A stretch of DNA of 64,000 nt from an uncultured virus (IMG/VR IMGVR_UViG_2599185107_000001). Its lineage: Duplodnaviria > Heunggongvirae > Uroviricota > Caudoviricetes. The stretch's first letter is position 1. Each line of letters opens with the position of its first letter. A program made the position numbers and the translations under genes. The stretch lies in the IMG/VR virus record IMGVR_UViG_2599185107_000001, positions 1 through 64,000 of that record; one strand, given 5' to 3'. Positions 54,888 through 64,000 of the stretch are shown piece by piece. The notes beneath the pieces were generated by a model that was not told where the DNA came from, did no database searches, and worked only from the letters and a program-made list of their open reading frames with translations.

Positions 54888-57758
54888 TCAGTCGTCGCGT
54901 AGGCTGGAGCGGCGGGTGGCCATCGTTCGCCGTTCGCGGTCTTCGATCTGGCGGGCGACTTCGCGCGCCAGTGCGTTGGCGTCCATGCCAGGTGCGGCAT
55001 GGACGTGAATGACGTAGTTGTTGCCGCCTGCAGGGGCGCTGGCTGCGCGCACAGGCGCCGACAGCGGCGCCCGGCTGTCGATCGCCGCCACCGGCGCCGT
55101 AGCCGTCGCCAAGGCCAGTCCGGCCCCCATCGCCCGCATCCGGTTGCCGAGCCCCGTGATGGCCTGCACAGGCGCGCCCTGGCCGCGCTGCAGGCCCACG
55201 GTGAGGCCCTGCATGGTGAAGTCGCCCAGCTGTGCAAACACGCGCGAGGGGCTATGGATGCCCAGCAGGCCCTTGAAGCGATCGACCACACCCGTGCCGA
55301 CGCTGGCGATCGCATTGGCAGCGGCGCCGAGCTTGGAGCGGATGCCCTGGACAAGGCCGCTGATCATGTCCGCGCCGGCCTGCAGCATTCGGGCCGGCCA
55401 GTTGGCCAGCTGCAGGTTGATGCCGGCCCACAGCTGCAGCAGCCCTTGGCGGATTCGATCGCCGTTGCCGGTGAACACGCCCACGATGAGCGACCACGTG
55501 CCCTGGACGGTTTGCCACACGCCGCCGAGGATCTGCTTGATCACCGGCAACACGACCACGAACGCCTGCACCAGCCAGCCGATCGCCTTGACTGCCAACT
55601 GAAGCTGGGCGACCAGCACCGCGCCCAGGATCTGCCCAAAGCCGCGACCGGCGTCAGTTGCGCCGTGCAACTGCTCCGTGGTGGCCTCGAACGGCGTCAG
55701 CAGCTGCTTCACCCACGCCCAAGCCTGGCCCATCGCCGCAGCCACGGTGTCCCACACGGGCCCAAGCGGCGCGAGTGCGGCCTGCAGTTCGGCCAGCACC
55801 GGCGCGGCGACATCGACGATGCCCTGCCACACGCCGATGGCGAAGGCCTTGATCGGCCCCCAGTACTTCCACACCAGCAGCGCGACCGCCGCAACGGCCG
55901 CAGCGATCGCCAGCACCGGCAGGCTGACGCCGCCGAGCAGCGGTAGCAGCAGGCGCGCGCCATTGGCGAGCATGGGCAGCACGCGGCCGCCGAACGCCAG
56001 CCCCTGCCGCAGCAGCGCACCGAAGCCGCCACCGCCCGACAGCAGCGCCACGGCACCGTGGATCTGCGAAAACGCCATCGCGGCCACGCCCCCGGCGACC
56101 AGCAGGCCGCCCAGGATCGTGACCAGCGCGGCGCCGACGATCGCCGTCTTGGCGATCGCACCCACCAGCACCGGATTTGCGCGGATCCACGTCGTGACCT
56201 GGCCGACTACCGCAGCCGTGCGCTCGGTCAGTTCCTTGAACTGCGGTAGCAGCACCTGGCCGATCGACTGTGACACCACCACAGCGGTGTTTTTCAGCAG
56301 CTGCAGCGAGTTGGCCGAGGTGGCCACTCGCGATGCGTACTCAGCCGACATCGAGCCGCCGTAGCGCTGCGCATCGGCGACCTTGGCGAAGTTGCCCTGC
56401 AGCAGTTCCAGATTGGTCAGCAGCGGCGCGATCGCACCGATCGACTCGCGGCCGAACAGCTGCGTCATGGTCGCGGCCTGCTCGGCCTTGGGCAGTGCGC
56501 GCAGCTTCTGCAGCACCGACATGATCGCCCCGCCGGCGTCCTTCTGCATGACCTGGGCCATGGTCGTGGCCTTGATGCCCAGCTTGTCGAAGGCCTCGCG
56601 CTGGCTCTTGGTGGCCGACTCGCCCGAGGCCAGAGTGAGCAGCATGTTCTTGATGCCGGTGGCCGAGACTTCCGACTCGATGCCCATGCCAGCGACAGTG
56701 GTACCCAGCGCTGCCAGTGGCCCGCTCTGCAGGCCGGCGACCTCGCCCAGGGCACCAATGCGGTTCACCACCGCGCTGATCTTGTTGACGCTGGCAGGTC
56801 CAGTGTTGCCGAGATAGTTGATCTTGTCGGCCAACACGACGACCTCGTCCTGGCCCATTCGGAAAGCGGTGCGCCAGGTGGCCATGGTCTGGCCGGCTTC
56901 CTCGGCGCTGCTGTCGAAGGCCACGCCCATCTTGGCCGCGTCCTCGGCAAAGCGGACCAGCTCCTGGCGCGGGATGGCGGCCTGGCCGGCAGCCGCCACG
57001 ATCTTGGCAATCTCGGCCGGCAGCATGGGCAGGCGCATGGAGAGGTTCTCGACATCGCGGCCCATCTGCGCGAACTGCTGCGGCGTCTTGAAGTCCACGA
57101 CTTTGCGCACATCGGCCATGGCTGACTCGAATTCCATCGCATCGCTGATCGGCAGCACAGACGCGCCCAAAGCACGCTGGCCGGCGAAGGCCATGCCGGC
57201 GCCGTAGGCGCTCGCCTGCAGACCGGCGCTTTGGATCCGGGCGCTGCGACGCTGTGCCGCGTCGATCGCCACCAGGCGCTGCTGCTGTGCGCGCATCGCG
57301 GTGTTGGTGCTCTCGATCTCGCTGCGCAAACGGCGCTCATGCGTGACCAGCTCGCGCGTACTGATCCCGGCCGTCTCGAGCCGACCACGCAGGCGCTGCA
57401 GGCCGGCCTCCTGCGCACCGTGCGTGGTCTTGAGTTCGCGTGCGGTGCGCACGGCGCGCTCGAATTCGGCATTCATGGCAGCGGTGGGCGTGCCGGTGGC
57501 CTTGATCTGTTGGGCAAGCGTGCGCACCGATTGCCGCTGCGCATCGAGCGCAACCTTGGCACGCTGTGCCATCGCCACCTGTTCGCGGTAGGCGCCGATA
57601 TCGCGGTGCTGGCTGTTGAGCTGACGCAGCGCATCGCGCTGGTTGCGCAGTGCGGTGGCAACGCCACGGCTACCACTGAGCACGCGTTTGAACGGGCCGG
57701 TGGCGCGATCGACGGCGGCCAGGATGACCTGCAGGCGCAGATTGTCGGAGGCCGCCAT
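54888..57758 (-). CDS. T: Tape measure protein
   Basis: FESAMADVRKV; LFGRES; LGIHSPSRVF. Confidence 0.95.
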   Translation of the reverse strand: MAASDNLRLQVILAAVDRATGPFKRVLSGSRGVATALRNQRDALRQLNSQHRDIGAYREQVAMAQRAKVALDAQRQSVRTLAQQIKATGTPTAAMNAEFERAVRTARELKTTHGAQEAGLQRLRGRLETAGISTRELVTHERRLRSEIESTNTAMRAQQQRLVAIDAAQRRSARIQSAGLQASAYGAGMAFAGQRALGASVLPISDAMEFESAMADVRKVVDFKTPQQFAQMGRDVENLSMRLPMLPAEIAKIVAAAGQAAIPRQELVRFAEDAAKMGVAFDSSAEEAGQTMATWRTAFRMGQDEVVVLADKINYLGNTGPASVNKISAVVNRIGALGEVAGLQSGPLAALGTTVAGMGIESEVSATGIKNMLLTLASGESATKSQREAFDKLGIKATTMAQVMQKDAGGAIMSVLQKLRALPKAEQAATMTQLFGRESIGAIAPLLTNLELLQGNFAKVADAQRYGGSMSAEYASRVATSANSLQLLKNTAVVVSQSIGQVLLPQFKELTERTAAVVGQVTTWIRANPVLVGAIAKTAIVGAALVTILGGLLVAGGVAAMAFSQIHGAVALLSGGGGFGALLRQGLAFGGRVLPMLANGARLLLPLLGGVSLPVLAIAAAVAAVALLVWKYWGPIKAFAIGVWQGIVDVAAPVLAELQAALAPLGPVWDTVAAAMGQAWAWVKQLLTPFEATTEQLHGATDAGRGFGQILGAVLVAQLQLAVKAIGWLVQAFVVVLPVIKQILGGVWQTVQGTWSLIVGVFTGNGDRIRQGLLQLWAGINLQLANWPARMLQAGADMISGLVQGIRSKLGAAANAIASVGTGVVDRFKGLLGIHSPSRVFAQLGDFTMQGLTVGLQRGQGAPVQAITGLGNRMRAMGAGLALATATAPVAAIDSRAPLSAPVRAASAPAGGNNYVIHVHAAPGMDANALAREVARQIEDRERRTMATRRSSLRDD

Positions 57759-57787
57759 TTAGGCGGCCTGGTGCGTTGGGTGGGGCA

Positions 57788-58212
57788 TCATTCGGCTCCG
57801 CTTCGCAGGCGGGCACGCTCGCGCCACGCCGTGAGTTCGTGCAGCGACCAGCCGTCCATTTCAGACGGCGGCCAGTGGAAAATGGCCGCGATGTCGGCCA
57901 TCGCATCCTCTACGCAGTCGGGAAGTTCGCTTCCCTCTGTGCCTTCGGCAAGAAAAAAACCTGTACCTCCTGGCCTACCGCCAGCAGGTCGGCCGGATCC
58001 ATCGCATTGACGTCGGCGGTGGTCAGCGTGGGCGAAGAGATTCGCGGCAGCAGCGTCGCCAGCGCGGTGACATCCAGCTGCAGCACGTCGGTGAGCTTGA
58101 GGCCGCGCAGCTCACCCGCACCAGGCTTGCGCACCTTGAGGTCGGTGATGGTCTGTTCGCCGCGCGTGATCGGCTGGTCGAGGGAAATGGCTGGGGAAAA
58201 GGTCGGGGTCAT
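57788..58212 (-). CDS. E: Tail assembly chaperones gpE (57910-58212) and gpE+E' via -1 frameshift
   Basis: T7 run at 57953-57959; -1 frame reads ...MADIAAIFHWPPSEMDGWSLHELTAWRERA. Confidence 0.88.
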
Positions 58213-58257
58213 CGAAAGGTCTCAGGGCGAAGGCCTGGCGGCGCCAGGCCGGAAGGG

Positions 58258-58767
58258 TCAGGCGCCAATGGCGCGGCGTTGGGCGGCGAGCAGATCCACG
58301 CCGTTGACGATCTCGGTCATGTTCACGAAATCGATCTCGATCACAGTGGCGCCGTTGATGCTCAGCTTGTAATAGCTGGCCGAGGTCTTGACCGAAAACT
58401 CGGTGTCATCGCCGGACTTGCCGGTGCCCGGGTCGATCTCGCTGTGGCGGCCGCGCACGACCACTTCCACCGCATCCACCTCGGCGGTGTCATCGCGCTG
58501 GTAGGCGCCGGCAAAGCGCAGCTGCACGGCGTTGTGGGTGGTGGCGCCGTACTGGTTCAGCACACCACGCATCAGGCCGCCGCACTTCCATTCGAGCTCG
58601 ATCTTCTCCTGCCCGAAGTCGATATCGACCGGGCCATTCATGCCGCCGCCGCGGTATTCCTCCATCTTGCGGGACAGCGTAGGCAGCTTCACTTCGACCA
58701 CTTGGCCGAGATAGCTCTCACCGTCGTTGAACAGGTTGAGCGCTTTGAGTTTCTTGGGCAACGCCAT
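58258..58767 (-). CDS. FII: Tail tube protein
   Basis: MALPKKLK, EEYRGGGM. Confidence 0.95.
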   Translation of the reverse strand: MALPKKLKALNLFNDGESYLGQVVEVKLPTLSRKMEEYRGGGMNGPVDIDFGQEKIELEWKCGGLMRGVLNQYGATTHNAVQLRFAGAYQRDDTAEVDAVEVVVRGRHSEIDPGTGKSGDDTEFSVKTSASYYKLSINGATVIEIDFVNMTEIVNGVDLLAAQRRAIGA

Positions 58768-58796
58768 GGGGTTCTCCGGTATCTAAGGCGGGTGCG

Positions 58797-59963
58797 TTAT
58801 GCGTTGACGCGTTCGGCGAAGTCGGCCAGGTAGCTGGTGGTGATCTTCTGGTAGAGCTGCAGGTTCTCCAGCGGCGGTACCGGGGTGTAGTCGTAGTCGA
58901 TGCGCAGCGCGCCATCGGCCAGCGTGGTTGCGCTGTTGACGGTGCCGTCGTACCAGGCGTTGGCATCGATCAGATAGCCCGACGCCTTCAGGTCGCGGAA
59001 CTTGGCGTTGATCGTTTCGATCAGGTCTTTGATCAGCGAGGGATGCATCGGCTTGTCGACGTAGAACGCCACACCCTCGGCGATGGTGTCCGCCAGGATC
59101 TGCGCGGTGCGCGTGGCCGTCTCGAAGGCGAACATCGTGTCTTCCGCGCACGTGCGCGATCCCCAGAAGCGCTGGCCGTTGAACGTGACCAACGTGGTGA
59201 TGTCGCCCTCATTTAGCACGCCCGCATCGGTCGCCGGATCCTGAAGATCCCAGTGCACGTCCTTGGAGATGCCGGTGACGCCCGCCACCGGCACGTTGGA
59301 CAGACTCTTGTGCCAGCCCTGCTCAGTGTCGATCTTTGCGCGCAGGCCGAGCGCACGTGCGGTGGCATACGCCGCCTTCATGGTGCTGCTGGCGGTATCG
59401 AAGGCCAGGAAGTCCGGCCAGATCATCATCAGCTCGCGATCGCCGAACTGCCCGCGGTAGGTAATGGCATCGGCCACGTTATCGGCGACAGGGCGCACAT
59501 ATGCCATGGCGCGCAGCTTTTTGGCGATGGTCGCCAGCGCCTTTGCCACCTCCAGTGTGTCCAGCCCCGGCGCGCCCAGGATGCGCGGGCGCACGCCAAG
59601 CTGTGCCTGTGCGGCGAGCAAGGCATACAGACCGGTGTAGCCGCTGGACTTGACCTCGCCAATGACGTTGCTGGTGGTCTTGGCCGCATCCGCGTCCTCG
59701 GCCACACGTACGACGATGGTGACCGGGTTGGTCTGGTCGGCGATGCCCTGCAGCGTGGCGCGCAAGGTGCCCTGGATGCCAGCGCTGGCGATCGCACCGA
59801 GCACATCGGTGATCAGCACCGCCTTGTTCAGTGGGAAGACTTTCTCATCCGCGTCGGATGCCGTGGCGACCAGGCCGACGACAGCAGTGGAGACGGTGCG
59901 AATTGTGCGCGTGCCCGCGCTGACTTCGATGACGCGGACGCCGTGGTGGTAGGCAGTGGACAT
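58797..59963 (-). CDS. FI: Tail sheath protein
   Basis: YHHGVRV, GWHKSLSN, RFWGSRT. Confidence 0.96.
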   Translation of the reverse strand: MSTAYHHGVRVIEVSAGTRTIRTVSTAVVGLVATASDADEKVFPLNKAVLITDVLGAIASAGIQGTLRATLQGIADQTNPVTIVVRVAEDADAAKTTSNVIGEVKSSGYTGLYALLAAQAQLGVRPRILGAPGLDTLEVAKALATIAKKLRAMAYVRPVADNVADAITYRGQFGDRELMMIWPDFLAFDTASSTMKAAYATARALGLRAKIDTEQGWHKSLSNVPVAGVTGISKDVHWDLQDPATDAGVLNEGDITTLVTFNGQRFWGSRTCAEDTMFAFETATRTAQILADTIAEGVAFYVDKPMHPSLIKDLIETINAKFRDLKASGYLIDANAWYDGTVNSATTLADGALRIDYDYTPVPPLENLQLYQKITTSYLADFAERVNA

Positions 59964-59974
59964 AGGTTCCTCGA

Positions 59975-60334
59975 TCAGGACGAGCGGAAGCGGAGCGGGA
60001 TGGTCATGCGCGAGCGCGCATTGGCGGGGGCAACGTCGGTGCGTTCGCCTTCGATGGTCAGTACGAAGCTGCCAGGCGCATCACCGAGCACCAGGTCGAC
60101 GTGGGTCAGGCGCAGGCGAGGTTCCCAGCGCATCAATGCGGTGGCGGTGGCGCCGTAGAGCAGCGTGCGGGTGGCGCCGTTGAACGGCTGGTCGATCAGT
60201 TCGGGCAGCAGCGAGCCGAAGTCGCGGCGCTGCTCGCGCGTGCCGATGGGTGTGGTGAGGATGCAGACGATCGACTGCGCCAGATGCTGCTCGCCCTCGA
60301 TCACGCGCCCGGTAGAGGCATCGACGCCGATCAC
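59975..60334 (-). CDS. W: Baseplate wedge gpW
   Basis: HLAQSI..ILTTPIGTR..RRDFGS; WEPR. Confidence 0.92.
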   Translation of the reverse strand: MIGVDASTGRVIEGEQHLAQSIVCILTTPIGTREQRRDFGSLLPELIDQPFNGATRTLLYGATATALMRWEPRLRLTHVDLVLGDAPGSFVLTIEGERTDVAPANARSRMTIPLRFRSS

Positions 60335-60894
60335 TGCGGGCCACCACTGAGAGCGCTGCCGGCAGTCACGCCGGTAGTCTTGTGGTTCTTGAGGCTGATC
60401 CCGCCGCCGAGTACGTCCGTGTCGACCGTGGCCGTGCCGGTGATGCCGGCGTCGCCGTTGATCTGCGTGTTGCCGTTGACCGTCAGCGGACCGTTGAGGG
60501 TGATGCCGCCATCGGCGGTGATCGTGGCGGTGCCGCCGCTGGGCAACGTGGCCTGCAGTGCGTGCGCGTCGGTGTCGTACTGCAGCTGCGCGCCATCGGC
60601 AAAGCGCAACACGTGCAGTGTGTCGGAGGCGGCAGGCGCTGCGAATTGGTCGGAATACAGCCCGCGTAGCACCATGCCATCGGCCAGGTCGCCGACCGGC
60701 GACAGCACGACGACCTGTTCGCCGATTGCCGGCGCCGACCAAACGATGGTGGTGCCGGCTAGCGTGACCACCCAGGGCAGATAGTCGGTCAGCATCTCGC
60801 CGACCTGCACGCGGCATCGCGCCGTGGCGAGATTCACCTCGGCCACAGTGCCGAGGCGAATGGCGTTACTCAGTGCGGAGGATGCGGTGCCCAT
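60331..60894 (-). CDS. V: Baseplate spike gpV
   Basis: IRLGTV, P.IGEQV, ISLKNHK. Confidence 0.93.
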   Translation of the reverse strand: MGTASSALSNAIRLGTVAEVNLATARCRVQVGEMLTDYLPWVVTLAGTTIVWSAPAIGEQVVVLSPVGDLADGMVLRGLYSDQFAAPAASDTLHVLRFADGAQLQYDTDAHALQATLPSGGTATITADGGITLNGPLTVNGNTQINGDAGITGTATVDTDVLGGGISLKNHKTTGVTAGSALSGGPQ

Positions 60895-61036
60895 GCAGCC
60901 ATGGTCAGCGGCTGCGTGCTGTGGCGCACTCGAATTGATGCGTACAACGCGTACCTACACGGATCGCGGTCGGGTGCATCCAATCAAGCGAAGGCACGCG
61001 CCGCACTCTGCGATCCAGTATGCGCTGGACCAAGCG

Positions 61037-61711
61037 TCAGGCGAAGCCTACTGCTTCAGCGACGAGGGAAATGGCAGTGGTAGAAACATAGCCAGTGGCA
61101 TTGTTGCGGATCCGAATCGTCAGCTTGCCTTCTCCATAGCACTCGTTGCCAGACCCTGACAGCGCTGTGGACGTGATGCTGCAACTGTAATCGCCGGTCA
61201 TCGCAGAGTAGTTCGCAGCCGTGTTGGAGGACGATCCATTGCGGTTGCCACGCAGCCAGGACACGGCAAAATCTAGCTGCACAGAATAGTTGCTCGCCGG
61301 TTGCCCGTTGGGTAGCCAAGTTCCGGAGATTGGCGAGCCGCCCACCGCTTTTCCAGAGAGGCCAATCGCCCAGGTGCCATTTGCCCGAATAGAGAACGAA
61401 ACGCTTGCCGTCTGGCTACCGCCTTCGGACGTGAGTGCCTGGCTGCTCGCGTAGTAGCGGACGCCGTTGTTGGAGAGTGAATAGACGGCGCTTCCCTTCC
61501 TCGCCCAACGGTTGCTGAGATCCGAACCGGCATTGTCGCGGTAGCCGACGTCCGACGCTCTGCTGCCAAACGCCAAGGGCGCATACCGGCGGTGCAAATC
61601 GTTGCCGTCGCTGGAGCGGTAGCCCGATACGCCGCCAATATCGCCTTGCACGTAGAGGTCAAAGACATCGTCGAAGTCGAGTCCTGCACCTGAGCGGTAG
61701 CCCGTTGCCAT
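61037..61711 (-). CDS. Tail-fibre-associated protein, possible receptor-binding tip
   Basis: Three GYR....DL/DF repeats, then a beta-rich domain. Confidence 0.65.
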   Translation of the reverse strand: MATGYRSGAGLDFDDVFDLYVQGDIGGVSGYRSSDGNDLHRRYAPLAFGSRASDVGYRDNAGSDLSNRWARKGSAVYSLSNNGVRYYASSQALTSEGGSQTASVSFSIRANGTWAIGLSGKAVGGSPISGTWLPNGQPASNYSVQLDFAVSWLRGNRNGSSSNTAANYSAMTGDYSCSITSTALSGSGNECYGEGKLTIRIRNNATGYVSTTAISLVAEAVGFA

Positions 61712-61713
61712 GA

Positions 61714-62064
61714 CTAGGCGGCCGCCGGTGGCTGGACCGCAGCTGCCTCGTTGTGGAGGCGGTCATAGACGGCCTTCAGATACACGACCACGCCGGCGGC
61801 GCTGACATTGGACAGATCTTGGCCGGTCACAGGATCGGAGAGGCCAGCAGCAAATGTGCGGGTCGCGATGGCATCTGAGGTGGTGGTAAGCGGCTCCCGG
61901 CCGTCCAGCATCTTGTTGACAGCACCATCGAGCAGCAGAAACTCCATCCCTTGGAAAACGACGTTTGCCACGCCGGTCAACGGGTCGTAGAAGAAATGGG
62001 ACTCCACCGCAATGCGCTCAACGTCAACGCCTGGTGCGAGTGTGCGAATTCGAGAATTGGTCAT
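61714..62064 (-). CDS. Hypothetical tail-associated protein
   Basis: 116 aa directly after the fibre gene. Confidence 0.65.
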   Translation of the reverse strand: MTNSRIRTLAPGVDVERIAVESHFFYDPLTGVANVVFQGMEFLLLDGAVNKMLDGREPLTTTSDAIATRTFAAGLSDPVTGQDLSNVSAAGVVVYLKAVYDRLHNEAAAVQPPAAA

Positions 62065-62080
62065 GGGGTAAGCCTATGAA

Positions 62081-63880
62081 TCAGTGGATGGGTCGGAGGT
62101 CAGCGAGGTCTGCCTGCAGCCGCCGAACGGCGGTGGACAGTTGTTTGATGGCGTTAAATGCGATCGGCAGGAGCTGATCGATGTGGACCGATGGCACCAG
62201 TTCACCGTCAAAGCTCACGCCCTGCGCGTCCACTGTTTCGGGCATGAGTTCCAGCAGCTGCTCTGCATCGAAGAACAGGCGCACCCGTCCATCCGGGTTG
62301 TACTGTTCTTTGTAGCGCCCAAGCAGTGTGGTGACTTGTTCCACCTCGGCCAAGCCATAGGGCAACGCGCCAATGATGTTTTTGAGCTTGCGAGACGAGC
62401 CGAAGTCAAAGCCCCCGACGGCCGATAGTGCGCCGGAGGTAGTCAACCCCATGCGCTGCTGCAAGGCTCCGTTGTTAGTCGCCATGCCGATACGCAGATG
62501 ACCGTTCTCGCTCCAAAAGCCGATGTTGTAACCACCATCGATCAGCCCAAAACCACCGCCAAAGCTGCCTGAGCTTAGGCACGCAAAGCTGTTGACGCCG
62601 TAGCCTGGTTGGCTCACGGTCGAGCGCAGTGATAGGGTGCCTGCCGTGTTCAGTACTGCTTCTGCGGTGGAGTTGAAAGCGCCATTGGGACGAAGACAGA
62701 TGCTCGCCCCGCCCTCGGCCCCGAGGACAGTGAGGTTACTTTTGCTGATGAAATAGCCCGATGCGGAGCCTAAACTATCTGCTTGCACCGATCCGGCAAA
62801 GGAGCCCGCCCCCGAGACCGCGATTTGAGTGGTTTCGAGGTAGAGCGGGTTAGCGCCTGTTCGAATACGGCCCGCGACCCAAGCGTTATTCGCCGTATTG
62901 ACGAAATCCAACACTGGTGTGCCGTTACCGTAGTCACGCATGAGCACGCGGCCGGCGCTAGAAACGACGGCGTCAAACGCCCCCTGTGCGCCGCCGCTGA
63001 TGTTGATCCCCAAACGCGTGACGGTGAGCTGTCCGGTCATCGTGTCCCCTGACTTAGCCACGTAGTTGGCGTGTGAGTGGTCCGCAGGCGTGAAGGTTTG
63101 CGGCTTATTGCCAACTTGTTCCCAGGTTGGCCACGTGCTCGCGGTGGTAGGGATGCCGGTCAAGTTCTCCCACGCGCGGTAGTAAGCGCCATGCTGCCCA
63201 TCGAGCTTGTCGGCATCCAAATTGTTGCCGGCACCTTCGTCCTTGAGGGCTGCGCCCTTCAATTCGAGTGCGGTGCGCAGCAGCGCGGCGCTTGTTACGC
63301 CCAGCAGTCCACGAATGAACGTAGATGGCGCACCGGCACCCAGCCGTGCGTCCAAGATCTTCTTCAACAGCCATGCGGTGATGACACGGATTTTGTCGGT
63401 ACCCTCAGTGGCTTCTTCTTCTGTCGCTAGCTCAACGATCCCGGCGACCTCAGTCGTGGCGGCCGGATCGGTGAAGTTGGTGCCGCCGAATGTGATTTGC
63501 TGTACGTCGATGTCAGCAAACACCGCATCGAGAGCGAGCAGCATCATGGCTGCGGCCGCCTTGCCCAGTAGAAGCGCCGGCTGGCTGTAAACGGCGAACA
63601 ATGTGCCGTTGGACAGGTACAGGCCGAACCCGTAGCAGTCATAGACGGCATCGGACTCATCGCGGATGGACACGTGGATGGTGTCGTCGGCGGTAATGGT
63701 CCCGCCGACTGCAGCAACCCGTTTGATTTCGCCAGGTAACGCGGTCAACGCGGCCGAGGCGCTAAACGGCGCGTTCGCGATGCCAACATGGCTGATCAGC
63801 ACCGCATTGGTGCCGGTGTTGGGAGCATTGACCAGCGCGGCACGGCCAGCGGTGGTGACTTGGAGCTTGAGACCGGGCAT
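62081..63880 (-). CDS. H: Tail fibre with C-terminal intramolecular chaperone (S74-like)
   Basis: DADKLDG; SSRKLKN cleavage-type motif; AEQL...PETV; terminal coiled coil. Confidence 0.88.
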   Translation of the reverse strand: MPGLKLQVTTAGRAALVNAPNTGTNAVLISHVGIANAPFSASAALTALPGEIKRVAAVGGTITADDTIHVSIRDESDAVYDCYGFGLYLSNGTLFAVYSQPALLLGKAAAAMMLLALDAVFADIDVQQITFGGTNFTDPAATTEVAGIVELATEEEATEGTDKIRVITAWLLKKILDARLGAGAPSTFIRGLLGVTSAALLRTALELKGAALKDEGAGNNLDADKLDGQHGAYYRAWENLTGIPTTASTWPTWEQVGNKPQTFTPADHSHANYVAKSGDTMTGQLTVTRLGINISGGAQGAFDAVVSSAGRVLMRDYGNGTPVLDFVNTANNAWVAGRIRTGANPLYLETTQIAVSGAGSFAGSVQADSLGSASGYFISKSNLTVLGAEGGASICLRPNGAFNSTAEAVLNTAGTLSLRSTVSQPGYGVNSFACLSSGSFGGGFGLIDGGYNIGFWSENGHLRIGMATNNGALQQRMGLTTSGALSAVGGFDFGSSRKLKNIIGALPYGLAEVEQVTTLLGRYKEQYNPDGRVRLFFDAEQLLELMPETVDAQGVSFDGELVPSVHIDQLLPIAFNAIKQLSTAVRRLQADLADLRPIH

Positions 63881-63892
63881 GTCGGTGTCCAG

Positions 63893-64000
63893 TTACTGGG
63901 CGTCCATCAGCAACCGCCGATAGACGGCTGGCCGCGCAACGGCGAGTACGCCGATGCGGGCTTCTGCTTGGAATCCCTGGGTGAAAGTGAAGTGGGAACG
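63893..64000 (-). CDS. I: P2 gpI-like baseplate protein, 3' end only
   Basis: RSHFTFTQG...; directly upstream of the fibre gene. Confidence 0.65.
   Translation of the reverse strand, partial: RSHFTFTQGFQAEARIGVLAVARPAVYRRLLMDAQ

Larger units (their letters stand above)
43753..64000 (-). mobile_element. P2-like (Peduoviridae) prophage integrated at tRNA-Lys; continues beyond the window
   Basis: Integrase next to the tRNA; ogr, D, U, T, E, FII, FI, W, V, H and I homologues. Confidence 0.93.

Noticed and set aside
57788..57960. Broken tail chaperone gene
   Set aside because: It is the standard programmed -1 frameshift giving gpE+E'.
1..64000. CRISPR array, retron, DGR or known defence operon
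   Set aside because: I saw no repeat-spacer array, reverse transcriptase or recognisable defence domains.

Overview
The window holds two back-to-back prophages in a tRNA cluster. The host is probably Xanthomonas, judged from its IS types. Bases 1-43583 are an integrated, circularly permuted T7-like (Autographiviridae) prophage, almost all on the minus strand. It has a single-subunit RNA polymerase, replication module, podovirus virion module, terminases and scattered lysis genes, followed by the presumed virion-end region and a host-RNAP early operon ending in a MarR-type regulator. Its right boundary is a duplicated 3' half of tRNA-His; the integrase and intact tRNA are predicted just left of the window. 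It looks cryptic: IS3-family elements interrupt the RNAP and a tail fibre, and two small genes have internal stops. An intact tRNA-Lys(CTT) follows, then a P2-like myovirus prophage (integrase, C4-type antisense RNA, primase-helicase, ogr, repressor, tail genes) that runs off the right edge. The most interesting signal is an apparent lysogeny circuit in the T7-like phage. A 16-bp palindrome (ATCCCA-N4-TGGGAT), mostly in 18-bp-spaced pairs, covers both sigma70 early promoters, the RNAP leader and start codon, and the start of the replication operon. A T7-type promoter (AATTAGTCGGGSCTMTAG) lies upstream of the RNAP gene itself and of the late operon, and a terminator sits in the RNAP leader. All calls come from reading the sequence by eye; no searches were run. 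Three N-free caveats apply: small-ORF starts are best guesses, family names are from recalled motifs, and the two Ns (12473, 41349) mark assembly gaps inside the ISs.
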